DNA of 64,000 bases from Torpedo marmorata. Its lineage: Eukaryota. The stretch covers positions 43,958,001 to 44,022,000 of the forward strand of contig OZ360247.1 in assembly GCA_977017645.1 (NCBI GenBank). The letters run 5' to 3'. Positions within the stretch are counted from its first letter, which is position 1. Each line of letters begins with the position of its first letter. Positions 24,501-37,986 of the stretch are shown in pieces. A model generated the notes under the pieces. It was not told the DNA's origin and did not search any database. It saw nothing but the letters and a program-made list of their open reading frames with translations. The translations under genes and the position numbers were made by a program.

Positions 24501-24610
24501 GCCATGTCCTTGTTCCCCATGATCAATTCACCTGTTTCTGACTGTAAGGTACCCACATTTGTCTTAACTAATCTTTCTCTTTACATATCTATAAAAACTT
24601 TTACAGTCAA
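21585..24610 (-). mobile_element. CR1 LINE (RT to 3' end), split by an L1 insertion
   Basis: [50 protein letters not shown]; ATAGAAAC-type tail near 21590. Confidence 0.92.
21990..23510 (+). mobile_element. L1 3' fragment (third copy of the same subfamily) nested in CR1
   Basis: ORF 22032-23042 closely matches 1693-3375; TSD AAGATAATACTCAGCC(T/C)TCC at 21969-21988 and 23509-23528. Confidence 0.92.
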
Positions 24611-25879
24611 ATGACAGATGAAAGACACTTGAGGTTGTTAACAATACAGCAAAGGACCAAAGATGGACAGCCATGATTAGTTGCTTGAATGAGACTGATA
24701 CTATTAAAATACTGTAATCAGATTATTTTATATTTATTTTGCATGAATGACAGTTACGGCAGTAACTATGAATATATTTGATGTTCAGCCATATAAAGGA
24801 AACAGAGTAAGTATGTAATGCTGTGATCTGGTCTTAATTTTACGTTCCTATTGATTGCAAATAGCCCCTGCAGACCAAACGTCTGTACATGTAAATCATG
24901 AATATGTTCATTGATTCAGCCACCTCTGCTTTCTGGGGTAGAGAAATCCAAAGACTTGAGAGAAGAAATTCTCTCTCTTCATCCCATTCGTCATTACCTT
25001 ATTCTGAATCTCTGCTCCTAGTTCTAAATTTCTCCACAAGGAGAAATATCCTCTCACCATCTGCATACTTTTGGAATGTTAATATGATTACCTCATTTTC
25101 CTCAAATAAAATTGTACACCAAGTCAGTTTAGCTTTTCCCTAGAAGGCAACCCCTTCATACCAATCTTGTCTGAACAGCCTTATTTCCCTCATAAAATAT
25201 GAAGACTAATTGGGAAAAGTCTCACCAATGCTCTATGTAGTTGAACCAAAGGTCCTGTTTGCAAAGTGAGTAGTAAACCCTGAAATCCAATATTTATTTT
25301 GCCTTCCTAATTACTTGTACTGAGCTGCTAACTTTATTTTTAAAAATATTGGGAATAAACGAGTTGTTGGATTCTTGTTGGTGTATCTGAGATTTTGAAG
25401 GATAACCCAAATGCTAAGGTGCACACACAAAACACTCTGATAAAACTTCTTCAATAAGTTCAGAAACGATATTCATTTCTCAAAATAAGTTTTCAGCTTA
25501 CTCTCAGAGGTTCTTAGCCAAGGTGTGTATTGTCCTTGAAGATGGTGTTGATGTGTCTCCAAGTACTTAAAACCAACATAATTCATTAATATATTTTCTG
25601 GAAGAAAATCCTGATGCAAGGTCTTGACCCGTAATATCAACAATTCTTTCTCCTTCATGGATGCTGCTCAATTCATTGATTTCCTCCAGCAGCATGTTTA
25701 TTATTGTTTTCGATTCCAGCATTTGGTCTCTTGTGTCTCAAAATCTTCTTTCCTGGTTTGACCCAAATGTGATACTTGACCTCCATCAATATGGTTGTTT
25801 TCTAGCTCTCAACGGACCTAGCTTGCCACACATTTGAGATCACCAAATCTCAGAACTGTGGCGGAATCCTGCTTGGTGT

Positions 25880-26115
25880 CGTAGGCAGTTCTACAGATGC
25901 CATAGGTGCTCTGTGGTTAGTAAGGGATTACTTAGGGTGGTACGTGAGTGAAAAGAAAAAGGTTGAGAATCATTGGACTAGAGCAGTGGTTTTCAGACTG
26001 CCCCTCTAGACTCACATTCCACCTTAAGCAATCCCTATGCCATAAGTGCTCTGTGATTAGTAAGGGATTGCTTAAGGTGGAATGTGAGTTTAGGGGGGCA
26101 GTTTGAAAACCACTG
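25880..26115. mobile_element. Two abutting hAT MITEs: partial 25880-25975 and complete 25984-26115
   Basis: The complete copy is a long palindrome with perfect 8-bp TSD GACTAGAG (25976-25983 and 26116-26123). Confidence 0.85.
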
Positions 26116-26639
26116 GACTAGAGCAATACAGAGGTACCTCACTTTTAACTCTTCAAATTAAACATTTAATTTTCTTGTAGGTACAATTTGCCTTGGTGAT
26201 TAAACAAAACATAGCCAGCCACATTCTACAATCTGCTCATAGTACAGTATGTGATATTTGTAATACTTGAATGAAATCTTTATGCTGTGTGTGTGTCTGG
26301 ATGTGATTGTCAAGGGATTGAATGTATTTTTCGAATGACGGACAGATTGCAACAGCTGCATGTTGATGTGAGTGCTCATAGAGATGTAATAGAAACAAAG
26401 AACTAGTATTGAAATTCTTTCATGATTTAAAAATGTTTTTGTCCCCAGTGACCACTCTTGTAAGGTTTCTTTGTATACTGTTCCATTCTACTCAAACAGA
26501 TTTGGATACAAAGAAAGCATTTGACCCACTTGTTAATTTGGCGCAGTGATAAAAAGCAGCTCTTGCTTACATGTCGATCAATGGTTCTGTTTAGTTTTGG
26601 AACAATTGCATCGTATCATGTAGGTACAATTATGAGATA

Positions 26640-26945
26640 CAGTGGAAGTCCAGAAATCTGGACCACCCAAGAATCCGGACTTTTCGAAGATTCTCAAACT
26701 TTTTAAATTTAGTGGGCTTTTGCGTGAGTGCGTGTGTAAGCACCACAGATGCACAGCGGAAATTTATTTTTCTTTAAAACTCCTTGTTTTGATAAATGAA
26801 GCATGCTGTATTTGCTAATGAATAAACTATCAAACTTTACCTGTTCATCTCTTCATTCCTCCTTAAATTTGAATTTGAAAAGTACTGCCTGAAAATCTGG
26901 ATTGACCCAATCCCCGAGCAGTCTGGATTTTCGGACTTCTACTTT
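26640..26945. mobile_element. Tigger/pogo-like MITE
   Basis: TA|CAGTGGAAGTCCAGAAATCTGGAC and the inverted GTCTGGATTTTCGGACTTCTACT end. Confidence 0.6.
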
Positions 26946-28069
26946 AGTCTGTATTTGAATCTTTGAAAGACTGTTTCTGTGTTCATTATTTGTCTAATGT
27001 AACATAAAAACTCAATTCTACCTACAATGCTAATCTAATATATTGGAGGATTAAGGAATTTGTGTCCATCAATACAAATGGATAGCAATCAAGAGTTAAA
27101 TTATTTTTAATATTTTTGCATGTTCGTGTTTGAAGACCCTTTGAAAATCATTTAATGGCAACAGTATATTGGGCTTTCAGTGAAAGTAACTCGTTATTTT
27201 TTAGAAATAATTTGCATTTGGTTATGAACTAATTGGTCTAAGTAGATTGTGGTTTATGTCATAGTTAACTTTTACATTGCGAATGAATTCTGATAAATGG
27301 TGCCGTCCAGCTGACTTGTCCAAAAGTTGATGTTTCACACTCACCCACTCCCTCTATTCTCTGATAGTTATTAATCAATTCTCCCTCGTTTTCTTCACAT
27401 TATCTGTCAGTGTATTGGGTTGTTTGGGTTTATTTTTTTTCCCTTTCATTACTGCTTGTATTTCAAAATTTCCACTGATTATTTTGCCTTGTTGTACTTC
27501 CTCCTGAGAAAATTTAGAAGGAACTTAAAATCTGCAAATTAATCAAGATTGGCAAATCCTTTGGCAGGGGTGAAACTTAATTGAAATTTTTCAATTCGTT
27601 ACTTTTTAAAAGTAACATGGTCATACATAAATGTACAGTTTTAATAAAATAAAATGTGCAGTGATTAAAATTAGATATGCAAAAGAAGTAGTGTCAGAGT
27701 TAGATGAGCACAGAAGGATAGTAGTGCAAAATACAACTGTAGGTAAAATTCATCGTTGTGAACCAGCTGTGTACCTAGTTTTATGAATAGTCATTGCTCA
27801 AATAAGATGTCAAATCAAATTGAACTGTGGTAGAATTTAAATCTTACCTTTGACAAATTCAGTAAATATACTGTTTCATTTCAGTAAAAACCCCATAAAT
27901 TAAAAGTAATGAAAATAAGGCATAATACACAATATTCAGTATCTCAGTTTATGAATTCTTTTGTATTTATTGATTGCATTTTTGTGCCTGAATTGTTGTT
28001 TCAAAGCCATCTTGCATAGTGAGGTCAAATACTGTTTTTCTTAGTTTATCTTTACTCTATAGACTTTTT

Positions 28070-28300
28070 TCAATCAGCGACACATTTAAGGACTCTTACT
28101 TTGCACAGTATTTATTACTGAATATTATTTTTTTTTTGGTAATACACAGTTTGTTTACATTTTTTACTTTGTTTACATTTCTCTCTTTTGTACAGTTTAC
28201 AGTTACTGATAAGTAGAAATTCTGCCTGGCCCGCAGGAAAAAGAATCTCAGGGTTGTATGTGATGTCATGTATGTACTCTGACAATAAATTTGAACTTTG
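28070..28300 (+). mobile_element. LINE 3' tail (Rex1/Babar-like) inserted in the exon 2 acceptor region
   Basis: The tail GAATCTCAGGGTTGTATGTGATGTCATG..CTCTGACAATAAATTTGAACTTTG recurs at 59876-59933; flanking direct repeat GACTTTTT at 28062-28069 and 28300-28307. Confidence 0.75.
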
Positions 28301-28309
28301 ACTTTTTAG

Positions 28310-28384
28310 GGGAATCACTTTGATCATTACGAAGAAGGACATCTGGAGATTGAACAGGCATCTTTAGACAAGCCAATAGAATCG
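28310..28384 (+). CDS. GPATCH8: GPATCH8 exon 2 (GNHFDHYEEGHLEIEQASLDKPIES)
   Basis: TTTTTAG| acceptor, |GTAAGA donor, 75 nt, phase 0-0; peptide matches the recalled GPATCH8 N-terminus. Confidence 0.95.
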
Positions 28385-29307
28385 GTAAGAATTTAAATTA
28401 TGATTTGAGAAATAATTTGGTGTAAACTGGTTAATGATTATGTGCACTAAACGAGGTGTGGAGAGAGCAGTTTTGAATAAATAGTCCACACAGTGTCTAG
28501 CAGTGAAAATTGCATAATTGGCCCAAACTACTACAGTATGTAGTGTTTAGAATATATCTTTAGTTTTAAAATTTTCAGGATTTTGTAATATTTATTAATG
28601 CTCTGCTGCTACTATATATACAGGACATGAAAAATGCATCTCAAGGTAAATCAACATTTTGTTTGTACTTCATGGATAAATAGTACACATGCTTCATTGC
28701 TACTTTAAATAAAACGCTTCGTAAATAATCCCACCATATAGAAGTCTCCTTTATACTTGTTCAATATTTAAGTAGATCTAATTCAGTTTTACTTACTTGA
28801 GTTAATCCAGTGCTTTGGTTTTACAGCATTTTGCTTTCGTGTGTAGCAATTGTCATTGCACTCACATGATAAAGGTTGGAATTTCATGTGCAATGTAAGA
28901 TGAGTGGCATGATTAAATTTACAAAAGGACTAGAAATATGTGATGATCTCCTTTACGTACTGGATATTTTGTACACATTTTGCAAGTTATACTTGTTGTC
29001 TTTTGTGTATTTGTTGTGCAGTTTGTTTTACTGCAGTGAAATTGCACTGTTTTAAATTGACCTTCCACTAAGGGGCAAGCTTACGACTAGAAATATTGTT
29101 CCAATCCAGTTGAAGCGAATGATGAGTGAACTAAGGAATCGTGAAGCCAACTCCACTGCCATCCTTCTTTTCTTTTAATATTCTCTTTTTTAATGGTGAC
29201 CAAAATTTTCTGTACGAAGTTATAATCATTGGTACAATTAGGCCAGTGTTTTTTAAAATAGTAACTGTCCTGTCACAGCATTGATTTTTATTTAAAATTA
29301 GTATTTC

Positions 29308-30590
29308 TGTGAGGGGCGCTGGACAAAGTAGCGACTCTCCGTCTGCCTTACAGTAGACAAAAATTAAAGAATTTCATGTATGTTACATTCTAAATGTAGA
29401 TTTACGTAGCAATAATGGAACCTTTACCTTTACCTTAATTCACTGTTGCAGCTTCAATATAAAATGAAGGTAAACTGCTTCAATTGAAGCTAAACAGTCC
29501 TACAATCAACAGATATCAGATAAAAAGTTTGTGGTCTTGGCCATATCCACTCATGGCCATGGACAGTTAAACAACAAGTGAATGGAGTGATTCCATAAAT
29601 ATCCCTATCCTCATGATTGTAGAACCTAAACATGAGTTCCCAAGTTGATGCTGAAGTGCTTAATTATATTCAGCTATAAAGTGCTGAGTTAGTGATCCAT
29701 CTTGGCTGCCTCTTAAGGTTCTTATCATCAGAGAAGTTAGGGTTAATTCATTTGTCAGCAAGAATGGCTGAGCAGAATTGATATGGCAGAGATAATGTAC
29801 CTTGTTGTGAAGAGCTTGTCTTCCAGCTCTAGCCAAACTGTGACTGTACAGCAACATTGGTATCCACAGGATTAAGTTTACATTTTCCAGGGGTCCCATG
29901 TTCATAAAATAGAACTTCTTCATTAAAATGCCCCATCGGTCTATTTCTGAGTAGTGCAGTGAAAGAGGCACCTCTGATGAATATCTTGGTGACCCATGAT
30001 TACTTCAATTTTTGGTAGAACCATTTGGCTCCAGACTATTTTGCAACATGGCCTATGTGTGAACCAGCAGCTTAAACCAGGGGCAAAAATGCTGGCACTT
30101 GATGAAATAGCAGTATTTGATCAAGTGTGGAATCAAGGATGTGTTTAAAATTGAAATTAATGGGAACGTTTGATTAGAAACTTAAAAAGCATCAGCCAAA
30201 AACATCATATGGCTGCAAGACAAGCCAGAGATTAGGTATTTTATGATGAGTGTTTCACTTAATTTCTCATCATTTGAAAGGAACAAGCTAAGAGTGTGAT
30301 GAAACATTTTATCTCCACTTGTTTGGATGAGTTCTGCTCCAGCAAGATTTGAGAAATTCAGTGTTGTGCAGGACAGAGCAGCCTATTTGATTGGCATTGA
30401 TATATCACCTCTATTGTGGTTGTAGTTTCTGTCATTAACAAGATGCACAGCATCAATTTGCCAAAGTTTATCAATACAGTAACTCTTCCCAAATCTTCAA
30501 CTACTCTGCCCAGGGGGGCCATGATAATAAGCAATTGATACCACTTCTTGTAAGATCGCATTCAGATTTCACATCATTCTCAAATAAATT
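29308..30590 (+). mobile_element. LINE tail (29308-29435) followed by a very old degraded LINE
   Basis: Tail ending AATAATGGAACCTTTACCTTTACC; the decayed LINE-like sequence downstream has no ORF. Confidence 0.4.
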
Positions 30591-30595
30591 TGGGC

Positions 30596-30960
30596 ATACA
30601 GGCCCTTCCGGCCCACGAGCCCGTGCCACCCAAATATACCATTAACCGATAAACCCCGTAAGTGTTTGGAAGGTGGGAGGAAACCGGAACACCCGGACGA
30701 AACCGATGCAGACATGGGAAGAACGTAAAAACTCTTTACAGACAGTGCCGGATATGAACCTGGGTCACTGGCACTGTAATACCGTTACGCTAGCCACTAG
30801 ACTGTGCTGCGCTTGGAATTATGACTTGGAAATACCACCATTCTTTCAATGTGGACTTCAATAACAGAAACAAAATGTTGGAGATACTCCGTAGGCCAAA
30901 TAGCATCTACAAAGAGAGAGAGAGACACACACACACACACACACACAGTTAACGTTTGGG
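30596..30960 (-). mobile_element. HE1-like SINE (30596-30812) and Penelope-type tail with (GA)n(CA)n
   Basis: GGCCCTTCCGGCCCACGAGCCCGTGCC..GGAGGAAACCGGA.., the reverse of the SINE at 60533. Confidence 0.75.
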
Positions 30961-33900
30961 TTAGTGATGCTGCATCAGCACTAGAATTCACTATCTTCTT
31001 ACTGATTGCTGCAGTTCATGATAGTTTAGCACAATTGTCTTGAGCAATTGGGAACAGACAAAATATTTAGGGCTTGCCTACAATTTCTATATCTCAGGAA
31101 TAAATTAATCACAAATTACCCGCATAAGTAGATAGTTAAAGGTAAACCGTTCCATTTGAATAAGGTTATGTTTTTAACAGCTATCAAGTTTACTTGTTCC
31201 CTTAAGGTGGAAAATGTATGGGAGATGGGGGAAAGTGTTTGAGCTGGTTTGCTATGTTTAAAATGTGTGCAAATTTCCATCCATTATAATTAAAATGTTA
31301 AAAATTGAGGAGATCATTATGTATTTCTGTTCTCATTCAAGATGTACCCAGGTTACCATGTAAGAAATTTTGCACACAACTTCGGGTGTCCACTGTTTCT
31401 CTTCTGCAGCAGTTGGGCCATAATTGCTAAGCAGCCATGAACTGGTTTGTATTGCACGCTCTGCTTTTTTTTTAGGGGTTTCTTGGTTCCTTTTCTTCTC
31501 CTTCCAACACAACAAATAGCTACTGTGAGACTTTGCTGGCATGAAATTTGTTTATGGAATGGCAATAGCCAATGATGCATGTTGATAATACTGCAGGATA
31601 AGTTTTCAATAAGTGATTTATTAACATTAATTGCATCATCCCTAACATTGCATTTGTTTCTTCTTTTCTCTTTAACAACAACATAACTGAAAATTTTATC
31701 ACCCACAAATTTGTTTTATTTTCAATTTTGCATGTGATTTTTGTTTGCATAAATTTGAAACATTTTTTTTGTTGGCCAGAGAAATAGTTGGCCAAAACCT
31801 CTTAAAAATTAAATAATGCACCAAAGCAAACCAATCTTCCTTCACAAAATGTATAATTCAGCAGGGAATGTTGGCATTTCAATATCTAAATTGCACAAAA
31901 TTACTGGAAATTCAGTAAATAGTATAAAAATACAAGCACCTATCTGTCTGTTTTCAAATTTGAATTCCTATGAACATGAACAAATATGTTGTCCTTTTAA
32001 AAAAATTGAGCACGAGTAAAGCATTTTATTTTACCCATTTTTTTTGTGTTCCAGTAGATAAAAGAAAAACAAAGGTGGGTAGCTTTAAATTAATACACTA
32101 GTTAACTTGAACACTCATATTGTCCAAAATTTATGTTCATTTGACCACCACCAGTATTTATCTTAAAATATTAATAATTTCCAGCTAGTTGATGATCCTA
32201 TTTTGCCTTCCCTTAGTTTTCAGAAGGTTTAAAAAAAATTGCAGTTACTTTGTTCTTCAGTTCAGAGTTTTATGAAAGTCACCCACGATAATTCATTCTC
32301 TATTCTGTGGAAGGGAACTCCTCTTGGGAGTCAGAGAGGTAATGTCACTTTTCTCGATTCATTCAATTCTGTTCCAGTATTATGACAATATTTTGCGGTG
32401 CTGCTATTCTCTTGGTCTCACACCTTAGCTTTTGAACCAGAAGTGTTTTAGTGGCTAGCAGACAGACTCGCCCTTTTCTGCCTTGCCGATGTTGACTCTT
32501 GCCTAAAACACTTCGATGCTGGATGGAGTAGAGTAGTTCTGCACTGCAGAATGCAATGTTGTGTCCTGGATCTAGAAGATGGGCAGCTGGTATGCAGGGC
32601 AGTCTCTTACCCACAAAAAAAACCTGACACATAGCTGAGCCATGTCCCTAAACTTTGCCTTGTGTCAAAGTTCTAAAGGATCTTGAATCTCCCTGACCTT
32701 AAGGTAAATCACAAAAATATTAACAATTAAACAGTTATTAACTTTTTAAAAAGTTGCTGAAGTATTTTAAACAATTAAGAACTTTGAAGCAAATTCTGTT
32801 AATTATAAATAAAGTAAATAATCTAAAACTCACCATTGCCCCACAATATTGTTATTCCACACTCATACTGAAAAGAATCACTTATTAGATCAAATTTAAC
32901 TAGTTCAAGTTAATATGCACATCTTCAGCAAGTTTGAAATCCACTGTTAGTCTCTCTATTGAATTTAAAATTGAAGGGAAGATAGGAAGTCCTCAATGGA
33001 AGTTGGAAAGCAAACCCAAGACTTGCATTTGTTCAGGAATCCTGAAATATCTTGATCTCTATGTTAATTCCAGCCGTATGGCATGGAACTACCTGATTTG
33101 GTCCATTGCTTTAGTAGAGATAATTGTTACTTTTATAATATTCCCATGAACCAAGAGCAGACATTTATTGTTGCACATTTTTTATTCTGCAGAACAATAA
33201 ATTCAGTAAGTTTTTTGAAAGTACCGGTATGTACAGTTATATTTCTGTAGTGAAGAACAAATTGGTAATTGTGTAAAGATTGAGATGTCTTTCCATCCAA
33301 AGCTTCAATGCCAAGAAACAGACAGAATTATTTTCAATAGCTAGCAAATGATTTCCATATATTCTAAATCAACAGCGTCCTGCAGCATTGTCTCGAGATG
33401 TGCTAAATGCTATGCTACAGTGTTCAGTCAGTGCAAATACCAAGTTTGGTTACATTATAGAGTCCACCGATTTTGAAATGATTTGTAGTGCAGATAATTA
33501 GTTTACATGATATTACTCAACTGCTGGGACATATCAAGGGTAAGCTGCCTGTGCACAATGAGATTAGTGCAGCATTTTACTGAGACTGGTGTTGAAGTTT
33601 ATTTTGTTCACCTGCAGCAACTGGGGATTCAATGTAAGAGAATGATGTGGAAATTTGTCTCCTCAGATCAGTCAGAGCGCAATCCCCAATATTAGCAACT
33701 ACTAAATTTGCACAATCCAGTCATCCAAATAGCCACTTTCTCACTAAGTTCAATGCAATTTAATAAATATTTAATACCAAATACAGAAGCAATTAATCAT
33801 CGAAAGAAAACCAGAAAATACTGTAAATGATCAGGAAGTAACTATGAAGAGAGAAAGTTGATTTTTTTATTTATTCCTGGCCTATCATTGGAACTGATTT

Positions 33901-34599
33901 TCATTACTTTTTGTTCATATTTCAGACTGCCAGCCTGTACAGTATTTTGATTATAAAAGTTGACATCTATTTTATAAAACAATTATTTTGGATTTATCCA
34001 AATAGTTCTCTATACTTCTATCTCCACTTTATAAACGACAAGCATTTAAGATGTTCCCCCAATTCAAATTTTCTTTTTCAATTTGTGGTCAATCCTTGAC
34101 GTGCAGAATGTGTAAACCTTGACAATTTTAGAAATTAACCATAATGTTCTAGTTTCATTGTTAATCTATAATATAAATTAACCAATTATTAGGCTAAATG
34201 ATATGTTTCAAGAACTGTTTAATTGGCTTGAGCTATTTATTTCCATTCTATTTATTGGTCTAATTTGAATACAACGATATGCACATTTACAATAATCAAA
34301 TCGTGCTTTCTCATTTCTCACATGCACAAGATCTGTGGACTCTTAAGCAGACAAAGGTTATGTTAATATGGCTGCTGATTTGACATTTAACAGTAGCCGC
34401 ATGTTCCCTGTACTTTCAATATTTCATATCTTGTAACTGTATGGTGTAGCATTACCATTTGGCTGTCCTATCCATCATCATGTGTCACCTAAAGTTAAGC
34501 ATAATGTTGGTTTTGGGAATCATTCTAAAGTGTTCTTGCATGTAACTGTAAAGTAGTGCCCACATTTTGTCACACTTTCATGATATATACATATATATA

Positions 34600-34633
<34 letters not shown>

Positions 34634-37600
34634 CTCACACATAATATATATTTTATATGCATAGAAATAATTAAAAAAAATTTTTTTTCTCCATTGTGTG
34701 TCATCATGGCACGCTGCACTGACTTACGGCAAGCTGGTCTTGAATCGTGGATTTACATTGTGCTTCACTATTACCTAATGTAGACATTACTTGCAAGCAG
34801 TGAATTGAACAGAAGCAGACCATTAGTGTTTGGACAGTTTCTTACTTTGTGTTACATTTAACTGTTCTTTTGACAGCCCAGTTTTTAAAGTCAGGTTCGT
34901 ATGGAAATGCTTTCACTCCACTTGCACTGCTTTGAAATAGCCTATTGCTTCATCTGTCTGTCTATTTTTTAATGCATTAATTAATATTGCAGTCAGGATA
35001 ATGTCTCACTTCCTTCATTGAAAATCTAAAGTGGCATAAATATTAATATCAACATTTCAAGATAAGATTTGAGATTATTGTTTTATATTTTCAAATGTAG
35101 AAAGAAAATAAATTCTCCACCAAAAGGATGAGAACGATGAGCCTTGTTTTATGTCCAGTGGTATTTAAGATTATAGGTTAAGTTCACTGACCTAATTGGA
35201 TAGGTTGTCATTAAGACAAATTTGTTTCTTTTATGAAGCCCTTCCACTCCATTGATGGCTTTCTTTGAATTTTGTATTTGAATAACAGCAATGTTCATTC
35301 TATGGCCATTATTACAATTTTTAAGTAGCATTTACATTTTCTTTTCTAGATACAGTTTTATAGATTTTCTTTTCTAGATTCAGTGTTGTGCTGGGCTATG
35401 ATTTTAAATTTACACATTTAAATATTTTTAATAGGAAAACGAGTCCTTTTTTAAACAAAGTCCCTTGAACAATAAGTTTAAAACTGCAATTTATAGGAAT
35501 AAAAAATACCTAGCTGTTTTATTCTTTATAACTTGTAGCTTTTTAGATCTCCACAATATTGCCATAGATTACAAATAATAGCCAAACATGTTATGAACTG
35601 AAAGCTCAAACCCAAGTAACATGGTTTAGGCAACATTTGAAACTAGCGACTGCCACGTGTTCTAATTCTTTTAGTGATAATAGAATGAAGTTACCGGTAT
35701 CTTTTAAGTCTGACCTGATACTGAAATAAAGCACATTGAACCATGTATTTTTTTTTTCCTTTAATAAATTTGATTGCAAAACAATACTGCAAGACAGCAA
35801 CTTTTATGGAGTGTTGTGACAGCATGGGATTTCTATAGGCTACTCGTTTGAATTAAAGTTGGCCATATCTGTTCAGCTGCAATATATGTACAGCTTGCCT
35901 GTTTGGCCTTCAAGCCCTGAAAAGGATGGAAATGTTGCAATGCAAATACCTCAACAAAGTGTTGTGCTTAGAATAGATCACTGCTGTCCATTGTGTGGAG
36001 TTTGACCCTGCGGCCAGGTTACAGGAAATATTTTTTGTGGGCTTGGCAGAGTTTTAACATTGACACTATGCCAGTCACATGCATTCCGAGAGTAATGGAT
36101 TTACATAGTGTTTAATAAGAAACAAACTTTATGCACAGCTTGACCTGTTGTTTTCTCTCCACGTGTTCCCCCCCACATTGTGTGTTATTTTTTAATTTAG
36201 CTTTACATTTTTTTACATTTTACTTGATCTATCAGTTATTTTACAAGAAACAGCTGATTTTAGGACATTCCACTTTTTGCATTTATCCTTTTTTTAAAAG
36301 CTTGAGCAAGCCTTTCCCTGATACCCACCATTTGTTTCCTCAATAGAAATGGTCAGATAATAGGACTAGCACCAATAGTTTTGAAATAAAGCCTTCCCTA
36401 AGGGGGCAGGTAAAACAATGTACAGTGTTCGTACTACAGCATTCATTGAAGTGCAAGTACTGTACAATCTTGCTACCTATGGTACAGTACAGTATAGGTA
36501 CTTACATATTCATATACTGTGTGCGTATGAGCCACGCACACACTGATTATCATAAATCCAACTCCCAAAATGTTTCCAAAGGTCAGTTTGACTGTAGTGA
36601 AGCAACTTGTGTGGAATAACTAATGTTTTTCTCATTATTATATGTAAACTTCCTCTAGTTGCTAAAATGGTATAACACAATTCACAAAAACTCTAGACTC
36701 CAGCATCTGCATATTATCTTGTTTACCTAGAAAATGTATGACACATTGATTAACAACAGGTCAAACCTTGTGTGAATTTGGCTTTTTGTAATAACTTTGC
36801 AAGCTGCTTATTTTTAGAATGTTACTAAAAAATTGTTTCAAAAGAGACTTCAGTAATGTTTTTGTATTTTTGGCCAAAATGAATGATGCAAATGAATATT
36901 GGTATGCAGAACATACAGCACACAGAAATACTGACTCCAGGGAGATTATTTGAATTAGAGAAACAACAGATTGCATGTCTGTTAAAATTCCCTTTGATTG
37001 CCAAATATTACACGATTTGTTTCAACCATTGTAACATTGCTTGTAAAATTGGAATAAAGTTCTCAAGTTTGCAGTAAATTGAAGCTAGTTAAGCAATCAG
37101 TGGTAAGGAAAATGAGACATTACGCTGCTGCTTTCCCACCTTCCCTCTATATGCACTAATGGTTCTTGCTTTTAAATCTGTTGCGAGGCCTGTTCCATTC
37201 TAATTTTCAGCATTTTTGTTATCCTAAATATGAAGTGCATCACAATCTGTGCTTGTGCTCATTTTGTAAATTACTAACTTCACTGTTTCATTTTACATTA
37301 ATAATGGCTGCATGCTGGTTATAAACCCAATCAAGTCTAGGCTGGATTTTGCTATGATCGTGTTTGGTTTCTAGTGGTGGGGCAGATTTTGCACTTAAAA
37401 TAATTTGCAAACATGAAGTTTAGCACGCAACATAACCAAATTTATAAGAAAACCATAAGTTTAGTTGTCTGTTGCAAATTGATGATGTGAAGGTGACAGA
37501 GATGGTTTCAAAAGAGCGCTATATTGTCAGTTTTTTTTCAGTTCATTTGTTTTACATTCCTTTTACCCTGCTTTTTCATTATTTAATTATTATGCATTGA

Positions 37601-37695
37601 AGATGCACAACACACCATCAAAGTAATTCCAAATTGTGTGAGCAGTTTATGACATTGTGTTCCTTAAGGGTGTCCATCTACCCCATTCCCATTAG

Positions 37696-37986
<291 letters not shown>

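Noticed and set aside
28579-28645. Possible 67-nt cassette exon (TTTTCAG|...AAG|GTAAAT)
   Set aside because: Short pyrimidine tract and AT-rich body; indistinguishable from a background pseudo-exon without RNA data.
31333-31795. Overlapping minus-strand ORFs of 69-117 aa
   Set aside because: No recognisable domain or splice structure; consistent with chance ORFs.
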